A stretch of 64,000 nucleotides of DNA from an uncultured virus (IMG/VR IMGVR_UViG_3300032335_000575) (Duplodnaviria; Heunggongvirae; Uroviricota; Caudoviricetes). The translations under genes were made by a program, and so were the position numbers. The DNA lies in the IMG/VR virus record IMGVR_UViG_3300032335_000575. One strand, 5' to 3'. Positions 46,371 to 54,209 of the stretch are shown in pieces. Position 1 is the stretch's first letter. Each line of letters begins with the position of its first letter. Under the pieces are notes generated by a model. The model ran no database searches and was not told where the DNA came from. It was given only the letters and a program-made list of their open reading frames with translations.

Positions 46371-46448
46371 GTCATCTCCATAGGAGTAGTAAGCAAAGTA
46401 CATCGCAGGGGGTGGTGCTTTGAGCCCCGCATGGGCTCAGTACTAGGA

Positions 46449-46477
46449 TAAAGCAAAGAGGGGCCTTTCGGCCCCTC
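46449..46477 (-). terminator. intrinsic terminator
   Basis: GAGGGGCC-GAAA-GGCCCCTC followed by TTTGCTTT. Confidence 0.85.
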
Positions 46478-46483
46478 AACTAC

Positions 46484-46705
46484 TTACTTCTTTTTATCGG
46501 ACTTCTTAATCTTCTTAATAATCTTGGCGTCAATCTTCTTATCCTCGGCCATGGTCTTAGGCTTCTTCTTAGCTCCGTGAGCCTTGTCAGCCTTCTCAAA
46601 CTTATCCTTTTCGTCCTTGTCAAAGCCAGCCTTCTTAAGCATCTTAGAGTCCTTCTTCTTATCCTTGGACTCTGTGTACTTGCCCTTCATAAATCCTGCA
46701 GCCAT
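46484..46705 (-). CDS. Lys/Asp-rich small protein
   Basis: TAATG-coupled, very Lys-rich. Confidence 0.75.
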   Translation of the reverse strand: MAAGFMKGKYTESKDKKKDSKMLKKAGFDKDEKDKFEKADKAHGAKKKPKTMAEDKKIDAKIIKKIKKSDKKK

Positions 46706-46848
46706 TACATGCCCTTCTTTCTGTTCATTACAGCCTTCTTAGCTGGGGCCTTAGTAGCAGCCTTCTTAGCAAACTTCTTATTAGCCGCTTGTAGGGACTT
46801 CATACCGTGCTTGTCTTTTGGCTTACCGCAGCCACAGGTGGCGCACAT
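46705..46848 (-). CDS. 47-aa histone-like microprotein (MCATCGCG)
   Basis: Hand-translated MCATCGCGKPKDKHGMKSLQAANKKFAKKAATKAPAKKAVMNRKKGM. Confidence 0.8.
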   Translation of the reverse strand: MCATCGCGKPKDKHGMKSLQAANKKFAKKAATKAPAKKAVMNRKKGM

Positions 46849-47024
46849 TACTTCTTCTTCTTTCGTAGGGCAGCGAAGTCTGAGCCTTCTAGCTTGCCGT
46901 CTTTATCAACATCAAGTTTCTTCTGCTTAGATGACATACCCTTTGGAGCAGCCTTCTTAGCAACCTTCTTAGCAGCCTTCTTAGCAACCTTCTTCTTTCC
47001 CATACAACCACATGTAGCACACAT
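46848..47024 (-). CDS. 58-aa histone-like microprotein with EF-hand-like loop
   Basis: Hand-translated MCATCGCMGKKKVAKKAAKKVAKKAAPKGMSSKQKKLDVDKDGKLEGSDFAALRKKKK. Confidence 0.8.
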   Translation of the reverse strand: MCATCGCMGKKKVAKKAAKKVAKKAAPKGMSSKQKKLDVDKDGKLEGSDFAALRKKKK

Positions 47025-47173
47025 TACTTTTTACCAGCTTTCTTTGTAGTAGGTTTTGCAACTTTCTTCTTGCCAGAACCTGCGGGTACGCAGTTCGGAA
47101 CTTTCTTGCCACCCTTATTCTTCATGCCTACTTGAACGTAGCCATCCCAACAAGGGTTAGTGTCTTTAGCCAT
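47024..47173 (-). CDS. 49-aa basic microprotein (PCWxGY...VPNCVP)
   Basis: Hand-translated MAKDTNPCWDGYVQVGMKNKGGKKVPNCVPAGSGKKKVAKPTTKKAGKK. Confidence 0.8.
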   Translation of the reverse strand: MAKDTNPCWDGYVQVGMKNKGGKKVPNCVPAGSGKKKVAKPTTKKAGKK

Positions 47174-47460
47174 TATCCAATAACCTTAGAGTAGAGAACT
47201 GTAACCGCGTTAGCAGATGTTCCTGCTGAGGATATAGCATAAAGCTGGTCTCCAGCATTTAAGTCAATTCTGTAGTTAGTGCTCTTTACTACAGTAAGTC
47301 CTTTATTAGCACCAGACACGGAAATTGTATCATCTCCAATAAAGATTGAAGAGTTGTCATCATTTACCACAGCTACCGTAGTAGTAGGGTTTCCTGCTGG
47401 AATTGTTGCAATTAAAGTAGCGGTAGTTCCTACCGTAAAAGTATCGTGTACAACTGCCAT
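47173..47460 (-). CDS. small beta-rich probable virion protein
   Basis: AGGAG RBS; Thr/Val-rich. Confidence 0.7.
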   Translation of the reverse strand: MAVVHDTFTVGTTATLIATIPAGNPTTTVAVVNDDNSSIFIGDDTISVSGANKGLTVVKSTNYRIDLNAGDQLYAISSAGTSANAVTVLYSKVIG

Positions 47461-47468
47461 TGTGTCTC

Positions 47469-47990
47469 CTAGGATGCGTATTGGGAAAATTGAGGGTCGT
47501 TGACCATCTCTTCAGGCATCAGCTGAATACATTCTACGCTGAGGATGGTAAACCTGTCTGCCACAATGCCACGCTCTTGGATAGCGTATGGGCGATATAC
47601 CTGACCACGCCAGACCACACGGTCACGGTTGTTGATGTCGGGGCGAAGAATGATGTTAGGAGCAAACTTCTGTACGTCTTCAATGTTAAAAGTTAGATGT
47701 AAAGTATCAGCGTTGTAGTAACCAACCGCTGAAGTCTTAGCCTCACCCTGTTTGATAATGGCTCTGACTACAGGCACTGAGTAAGGACCAGTCCAAACCT
47801 TGCCGCCTATAGAAGAAGAGATGTCTTGCCCTACATCGTATAGCGGGTCAACATCAGAGTTAACAGAATCAAATATATACCAAAGGGCTTTTGTTCCTAC
47901 TGAGTGTTTTAAATCAGAATCAATACCTTTAAGAAGGTCAGTGGTCTCGTAGTCAGCATCAAACCGACCCCCAGGTGTGTGAGCTCTCAC
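47469..47990 (-). CDS. probable head-closure/neck protein
   Basis: Position; DR.VW.G.VY motif. Confidence 0.55.
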   Translation of the reverse strand: MRAHTPGGRFDADYETTDLLKGIDSDLKHSVGTKALWYIFDSVNSDVDPLYDVGQDISSSIGGKVWTGPYSVPVVRAIIKQGEAKTSAVGYYNADTLHLTFNIEDVQKFAPNIILRPDINNRDRVVWRGQVYRPYAIQERGIVADRFTILSVECIQLMPEEMVNDPQFSQYAS

Positions 47991-49045
47991 TTAACTCCCT
48001 CTCTGTAGAACTCTAGGTTACTATTTAAACGCTCATCTGTAGGGTTAAGCTCTACCGCCTTCTCCCCGTATTCCAAAGCTTGAGTGCGTTCACCTAACCA
48101 GTAGGCACATACAGCCGCTAAGTCGTAAGGTATTGAGCCCCAAGCAAAGGCTTCATTAAGATAATCCATTTGTCTGTCTTTTACATTTAAAGCTTTTTTG
48201 CAAAGTGTTAGGCACTCACCCCACCTACCATTGTCATAATGGTATTGAGCTAGCTCCACATAGGCTTCTCTTTTATTAGGCTCTTCTTGCATAGCCTTCT
48301 TCCACCACTTAAGTTTCTCTTCTTCATCAGTAGAGCACTTAGCAATGTATCGCATAGAAGATGCACGTTCTGCTTTCCATGTTGCTTTAGGTAAAGATAG
48401 GTGTCGCTCAAATTGAACTTTAGCTTCTTCTAGCTGACCGTGAAAGAAAAGCTCGCGGGCGTAGTAGTAAGCGTTGCGGTCGTTGTACGGGTCTTCCTCT
48501 ACAGATAGCTTGAGGAGTGGAAGGTATTGACCGCGAGATTTGGTGTCGTCAGCTTTATGCCATAGACCAAGCTTGCTCCAGTATTCTTTTTCTTCAAGGC
48601 GGTCTGCATACAAGCACTCGTGTACTGGGTGAACCCAACGGTATCCGTGGCGGGCGTGAATCTTATCCCCACCAAATGTAAGACCAGGTTTACCGTCTGG
48701 AGTAAAGTTCCATGTGTAGTCGTATCTAATACGAGTTGCCCACGCGGGTGCCTTCTCCATCTCCTCACGCCATCCAGGAGCTAGCATCTCATCCATATCT
48801 AGGGAGATGCAGTAATCAATATCATCAGGTAATAAGGCTAACGCTGCATTACGTGCGTCATCAAAACGCCATGGGCGTACGCTTATTACGTGTACATTGA
48901 TGCCCAGCTTCTTAGCCTTTGCTACAGTCTTATCTACTGAGCCAGTGTCAGCTATTAGTAGGTAGTCGGCATCCTTGCAAGAGTCGTACCAGCGTTGTAC
49001 AAATTGTTCTTCATTTAAAGCAATGGTGTAGACGGCGATTTTCAT
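47987..49045 (-). CDS. GT2 glycosyltransferase with C-terminal TPR repeats
   Basis: I.VY.I.LNEE, DTGS.D.T, FD.ARN.AL, SLDMDE, W...VHE; TPR-like helices. Confidence 0.92.
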   Translation of the reverse strand: MKIAVYTIALNEEQFVQRWYDSCKDADYLLIADTGSVDKTVAKAKKLGINVHVISVRPWRFDDARNAALALLPDDIDYCISLDMDEMLAPGWREEMEKAPAWATRIRYDYTWNFTPDGKPGLTFGGDKIHARHGYRWVHPVHECLYADRLEEKEYWSKLGLWHKADDTKSRGQYLPLLKLSVEEDPYNDRNAYYYARELFFHGQLEEAKVQFERHLSLPKATWKAERASSMRYIAKCSTDEEEKLKWWKKAMQEEPNKREAYVELAQYHYDNGRWGECLTLCKKALNVKDRQMDYLNEAFAWGSIPYDLAAVCAYWLGERTQALEYGEKAVELNPTDERLNSNLEFYREGVK

Positions 49046-49062
49046 ATGTTTATTGTACTCCT

Positions 49063-49100
49063 AAAAAGAAAAGCCCCGCCAGTCCCTGAGGACGGCGGGG
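49063..49100 (-). terminator. intrinsic terminator
   Basis: CCCCGCC...GGCGGGG stem followed by TTTTCTTTTT on the - strand. Confidence 0.8.
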
Positions 49101-49116
49101 AGCTAATCTATATTTA

Positions 49117-49500
49117 TTAAGCTAGGGTTGCGAATTTAAGACGACCGTAGACGTTTGTTCCACCGTCCCATGAGTAAAACTCAAGAACGGTCTTATTTGT
49201 TCCAGATGCGATAGTTGGCGCTGAGCCACCATCCCAGATTACGCTGTTAAATGCAACTGCGTTAGAACCACGTGATGCAACTTCTACTTGCCATGATGTT
49301 CCATAACCAGCTGGGATACCAGTAAAGTTAACTGTAACCGCTCCGACTGGGTTAGCAATACGGATGAATGAGCCGTTAGTAGGGTTGATTGGAACTGTTC
49401 CTGTAGAAGCAGAGAATGTCTGCAAACGGCCAGTTACTCCAACGTTGATGTAAGCATCATTAGACTGAGTAAGTACTGTAGGTTGTGAGCTAATAGCCAT
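49117..49500 (-). CDS. tail fibre-associated protein
   Basis: W.GG.APT...D..F...DGG-like C-terminal domain. Confidence 0.65.
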   Translation of the reverse strand: MAISSQPTVLTQSNDAYINVGVTGRLQTFSASTGTVPINPTNGSFIRIANPVGAVTVNFTGIPAGYGTSWQVEVASRGSNAVAFNSVIWDGGSAPTIASGTNKTVLEFYSWDGGTNVYGRLKFATLA

Positions 49501-49800
49501 TTACTTCTTCTTTCTTGTAGAGGTTTTCTCTTCGATAGCTGGGGTCTCTTCTATGACCTCAGCATCAATAATTTCAGAATTAGTAAAGGTTGTACCATCC
49601 CACAGCGCCTTTGCAGACGGTTGTAGGCTAGGTGGATAGAAGATTCCACCCTCATAGGACCAGCCTTTAGAAGGTTGTGGAGTTAGGTAAGTTACGTCAA
49701 TTGCTGGAAACAACTCACCTAAAACTCCCAAGCCTTCTTCATTTTCAGCAACAATTACTTGGTTAACACTGTTGCCGTCAATTAATGCGTATTTTGCCAT
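49501..49800 (-). CDS. tail fibre chaperone-like protein
   Basis: YALI....V...IVA...GW.Y..G.F.P; follows the Gly-rich fibre. Confidence 0.6.
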   Translation of the reverse strand: MAKYALIDGNSVNQVIVAENEEGLGVLGELFPAIDVTYLTPQPSKGWSYEGGIFYPPSLQPSAKALWDGTTFTNSEIIDAEVIEETPAIEEKTSTRKKK

Positions 49801-49810
49801 TAGTTACTCC

Positions 49811-52800
49811 TTAGAGAACTGCTTTGTCGAACCAGCGGATTAGTGCGTAACCATCTGCACCGTTACCACCAAATGACTGGTATCCGTAGTACTGAAGACC
49901 ACCAAAGTCGAGGTCTACAACGTCACCAGCATCCATGTATAGGAGCTCCCAGCATACATCAAAGAACGCTGCATCTGCAGGCGCTGCTAGTGTTTGCCAG
50001 TTACCTGCTGTTGCACCAGCTGCTCCAAGGTAAGTAATTGTGTTAACGCCAGCAAACTGAATGTTAAATTCTGGACGGTCTTCACGAATTACCACGTTGC
50101 GGTCGTTCTTCCAACGAACTGTTGGACGTACACGCTTTGGAGTACCTGAGAACTGCGGGCTAGTTACACCAGCTGGAGCAGTTGTTAGACGTGCAGCCAC
50201 ACCTGTAAAGTACAGCGGGATGCGTGTCAAGATTGGGAATGTCTGCCATACAGTGGTTATCTTCGCGTTACCAACATCTTGGATGGTTGTACGAAGAACG
50301 TTTGAACCGTAGAAACCGCCTACAGCAGTGACAGTAATGTTTGCATTGTAGATAGGTGTCCACTTAAAGTAGTCAGATGAAAGGGCTTCGTAGTTAACTG
50401 CTGCCTGTGCAGAGTTGTGTGTAAGTGGTGCAAATGGGTCGTTACCCCAGTTAGAACCGCCTCCACCGCCGCCGCCGCCAGTGTTCTGTATAGCGTCAAG
50501 ACCACGTGCGTAGTAATCAGCTGAAGCACCAGATGCGTTAACAAGCCATGTTCCGCCACCCTTACCACCGCCGCCTTGTCCGCGACCTGGGGAAGTTTGG
50601 TTCTGTGCGGCGTTAGTCCAACCAGCGCCACCGCCTCCGCCACCAAGTTGAATACCTAGTGGTGAGCTGCTGTTAATGCTGCTAATAAGTTGACCCTGTC
50701 CGCCGTCGCCGCCCCAACCAGGAATGTTAGTGTTACCAGTTCCTGAGTTCCATGAAGCCGCTCCACCGAAGTTTCCGCGCATTGGCCATGTTGGTTGTGA
50801 TGAACCAGCAGTTGTTGCCCAACCACCAGATGGTGCTGTAGAGAAAGCTGGTGTAAAGGTAAGTGCGTTACCTCCAGCAGTTAAAGAACCGCCACCGCCA
50901 CCAGCAAGTGTCATAGCACCTGAAGAGTTGTTAGCTGCGTGACCGCCGTTGTTAGCACCTTCAAGACCGTACAACCATACTGGGTTGTTAGAGTTCCAGG
51001 TACCACCACCGCCACCGCCTTCTGCGGATAGAGTTGCTGCTGTAACAATAGGTGTGATACCTGGCTGTCCAGCGTAGAAATAAGTTACGTTATCTACTTC
51101 CTTGTAGGTTGTAGGGACTGCGGCAACTTCAAGTTGCGGCGCAATAACGTGGTATTCAACCTGTCCAAGAGTTGCAGTTGTTGAAGCGTTAAACTTTGTG
51201 ATACCAAACTTAACGAATGCTGTACCAACAGGTGCTGTAACAGTTGCGCCTACACGTACTGGGTAGGTAACTGATGGCATCTGCTGTGTTAATGAAGCAA
51301 CACCGCTGATTGGTGCGTAAACAGGTGAGCCCTCTGTACGAATAATTGAGTTGTAATCTCTGTCAAAGAACTCAAGGTATGCACGGAATGGTCGGTAGCT
51401 GTTAGCAGTTCCAGTATCTAGCACAAATGCTGAGCCTGAGTACTGTACACCTGGTGATGCCTTGACAAAGCGGTGAGCTGTTTCAAGGTTACCGTTTGTA
51501 GCCTGGTTTGAAGAAACCAAAAGTGAAGCTGCTTCACGGTATGTAGGTGGACGCCATGTTGTTGTAGCGTTTCCAGCTTCCAACTGAACGTTATCAATCC
51601 AGTAGTTAGTAGAACCCTGTTGGAATAGGATTACTGGGTAAATAAACTGAGGTGTTGAACCCCACGCGTACTGGCCGTTAGCAAGTGTAGAAGCAATTGT
51701 AGGCGTAGTAAATGTAGCTGAAAGACGACGCCATCCTGTCTGAGTTGGTGTGCTGTTAGCTCCAAGCATCTGAACAGACCCTGGGTTAGCAAATGTTACA
51801 GCGCCACCTGAGATAGGTGCGTTAGTAGGAAGAGTAAGGGTAACAAGAGTTCCAGCAATAGCAGACACAAGTGTGCTTGCCTGAATACCTGAACCTGTAA
51901 TTGTCATTCCCTGCAAAACACCTGAAGCATCTGCAATAGTGATTGTTGTAGAGCCGCTAGAAGCGGTAGCTGTTGTTGCAAAGGTACCACCAAAACCAGT
52001 CAAGGTTGTTGGAGTAGCTTCACGATAGAAGAACCCGTTTGCTTGACCAGCATCAATTGAGCCTGTATCACCAGAGGTTGTTCCATTGGTGCTATAACGG
52101 TTATTTGATTGAGCGTTAAATGAAGCACCTGTTGAACGGATACCAAAGCGTAGAGGTGTGCTTGAGCCTACGTCTACGTTGGTAGATATATACGCAGAAA
52201 GTGTGTATGTTTGACCTGGAATGTAAGGAATACCCTGTGTACCTGCTGAAGTAGTTGTACCGTTTGTGTTAGTAGTAGAGTTCAAGCTTGAGAAGGCAAC
52301 CCATGTAGGGTTACCAGCAGCTGTTGATGAACCTGTACTGCAGATAAGACCGTTAATACCACGTGCACCAGTGTATGAGATTTCAACTGCAGTGTTATTA
52401 AGTACCTGAGTTGTAGCATTTGAAATAGTAATCTGAGTTGAGCTATCAACGCTTGTTACTACTGTTCCTGTTACAAAAGCTCCACCAGTAATAAACATGC
52501 CTGGGAACACGTTAAGTGTGTTGTTAAGTGTCACGATTAGGGATGTCAAAGGAGCTGTTGCTGTCTTTGCGTACCCACCAGTCATTTCAGCAAGCTTTGC
52601 TGGCACACCTGCGTTAGTAACGCTGAATGTAGATAGAGCAGTACCAAACTGACGAATTAAGTTATTTGTAACAACAAGGGAATCTTCCAACTGTGCAAGG
52701 TTTGGCTGCAAAAGGTTGTTAGATAGGTTCTGGAAGTATGGAGAACCAGCAGTATTGTTAGTCTGTGGGTTAGTGAAAATGTCTGCGCCAGCTGAAGACA

Positions 52801-53470
52801 TGTTGTTGAAGAATGCTGTAGCTGGGCGTAGAACTGTGTTACCTGTGTCAAAACGTACAATTGTTGAAACAGTACCTGTGTTAGCACCAGAAAGAGATAC
52901 TACGTTACCTGTAATAGATACAACAGTTGCGTTACCAACAATGTTGGAACCAACTACGTATTGACCAACAGTAATACCGTTAGCATTTGGGAACACGGTG
53001 ATAGAAGACTGACCAGAGATACCAGTTGCGGACTTGAAGTAAACATCTGCGTCCCAACCTAGTACGTTGTAGTCAAAATCTGTATTTGTTAATAGGTTAG
53101 CAACAGTAATAGTTCCAAATGAGGTTGGAGTACCGTTACCGCCTGGGAGTGTGCTGGTAACATCGGCTGCAGCGTTTTGAGCTCCAAGACCGCCTTGTCC
53201 ACCTGCACCAATACTAACTGCGTATGTAGTTAGTGGTGTTACTTCAATGTTGCGAACAACAACGGCGCCACCTGCTCCACCGCCTCCTGCGACGTTCTGA
53301 GAACCGCCACCGCCGCCTCCGCCTGCGCCAACAAGGATAACCTGGGCGCTTGTCACACCAGCAGGTGCTGTCCAGGTACCACTGGCTGTAAAGGCCTGTT
53401 CTTTTACAAATACGCGACCAGAGTTATCGTTTGGAAATACGATAAATTCTTTACTTGAGGAAATAGCCAT
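49811..53470 (-). CDS. Gly-rich tail fibre / receptor-binding protein
   Basis: FT.SGTWT.P.GV....V..VG.GGGG domain, carbohydrate-binding-like modules. Confidence 0.8.
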   Translation of the reverse strand: MAISSSKEFIVFPNDNSGRVFVKEQAFTASGTWTAPAGVTSAQVILVGAGGGGGGGSQNVAGGGGAGGAVVVRNIEVTPLTTYAVSIGAGGQGGLGAQNAAADVTSTLPGGNGTPTSFGTITVANLLTNTDFDYNVLGWDADVYFKSATGISGQSSITVFPNANGITVGQYVVGSNIVGNATVVSITGNVVSLSGANTGTVSTIVRFDTGNTVLRPATAFFNNMSSAGADIFTNPQTNNTAGSPYFQNLSNNLLQPNLAQLEDSLVVTNNLIRQFGTALSTFSVTNAGVPAKLAEMTGGYAKTATAPLTSLIVTLNNTLNVFPGMFITGGAFVTGTVVTSVDSSTQITISNATTQVLNNTAVEISYTGARGINGLICSTGSSTAAGNPTWVAFSSLNSTTNTNGTTTSAGTQGIPYIPGQTYTLSAYISTNVDVGSSTPLRFGIRSTGASFNAQSNNRYSTNGTTSGDTGSIDAGQANGFFYREATPTTLTGFGGTFATTATASSGSTTITIADASGVLQGMTITGSGIQASTLVSAIAGTLVTLTLPTNAPISGGAVTFANPGSVQMLGANSTPTQTGWRRLSATFTTPTIASTLANGQYAWGSTPQFIYPVILFQQGSTNYWIDNVQLEAGNATTTWRPPTYREAASLLVSSNQATNGNLETAHRFVKASPGVQYSGSAFVLDTGTANSYRPFRAYLEFFDRDYNSIIRTEGSPVYAPISGVASLTQQMPSVTYPVRVGATVTAPVGTAFVKFGITKFNASTTATLGQVEYHVIAPQLEVAAVPTTYKEVDNVTYFYAGQPGITPIVTAATLSAEGGGGGGTWNSNNPVWLYGLEGANNGGHAANNSSGAMTLAGGGGGSLTAGGNALTFTPAFSTAPSGGWATTAGSSQPTWPMRGNFGGAASWNSGTGNTNIPGWGGDGGQGQLISSINSSSPLGIQLGGGGGGAGWTNAAQNQTSPGRGQGGGGKGGGTWLVNASGASADYYARGLDAIQNTGGGGGGGGSNWGNDPFAPLTHNSAQAAVNYEALSSDYFKWTPIYNANITVTAVGGFYGSNVLRTTIQDVGNAKITTVWQTFPILTRIPLYFTGVAARLTTAPAGVTSPQFSGTPKRVRPTVRWKNDRNVVIREDRPEFNIQFAGVNTITYLGAAGATAGNWQTLAAPADAAFFDVCWELLYMDAGDVVDLDFGGLQYYGYQSFGGNGADGYALIRWFDKAVL

Positions 53471-53493
53471 TTATATACCTGTCCTTTTTCTGT

Positions 53494-53799
53494 TTAGGAA
53501 ATCAATACACCTGAAACTAAAACATCAACGCTGGCTGCTACGTCAGCTGTTACTGCAATGGTTTCTGCGGCGTTTAAAACTGTGCGAACGTCAAAGTTTA
53601 CAGTACCGTTTGCTGGTACCTGTAGACCTGTGCAAAATGAAACTCCTCCAGTAAGAATGGTGCACGTACGTGTAGCGCCAGTCTTGTTTGAAAGAATGAT
53701 GTTAGTGATAATAGCAGTGTTCAAAGCTGGAACTGCGTATGGAGAAGCATCAGAGGTACCAGCTGTACCCGCTCTAAATCGTGTTACTGTTGTTGGCAT
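53494..53799 (-). CDS. small virion (fibre-associated) protein
   Basis: Y.VP...TAI...I...N pattern. Confidence 0.7.
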   Translation of the reverse strand: MPTTVTRFRAGTAGTSDASPYAVPALNTAIITNIILSNKTGATRTCTILTGGVSFCTGLQVPANGTVNFDVRTVLNAAETIAVTADVAASVDVLVSGVLIS

Positions 53800-54137
53800 T
53801 ATGCTAGTACTCCTATGTAAGCTAGTGTGGTTAGATTAGCGGACTCTGCTTGAATAGCAGCGACCTTATTAGTTCCCGCAAGGTTAACTGCGGCAACCTG
53901 TGTTGAACCTGCAGTGTTAACAAGCCCAGTCTGGGTTGAACCAGCAGTATTGATTACTGCTACGCGGTCAGCGGTTGCAGCAACAATGTCATTAACACCT
54001 AGTAGGGTGCCTAGGGTTTCTAGTGACTTAGTCACATAGATTAGGTCCTGCGCTGTATAAGTAGCAGCTGCAAGACTTGCTGTAATTTCTTCTTTAACAG
54101 CAGTAATCTGGGTACTAAGGGAGCTGTAATCTGGCAT
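53799..54137 (-). CDS. virion protein with short NTAGSTQ repeats
   Basis: Tandem 11-aa repeats. Confidence 0.7.
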   Translation of the reverse strand: MPDYSSLSTQITAVKEEITASLAAATYTAQDLIYVTKSLETLGTLLGVNDIVAATADRVAVINTAGSTQTGLVNTAGSTQVAAVNLAGTNKVAAIQAESANLTTLAYIGVLA

Positions 54138-54209
54138 GTTTTTACCTACCTTTCGAGGCTATTAAAAGTGTATCAGTTTTAAAAATGAGGTCATCGTAAA
54201 CTTTGAACA

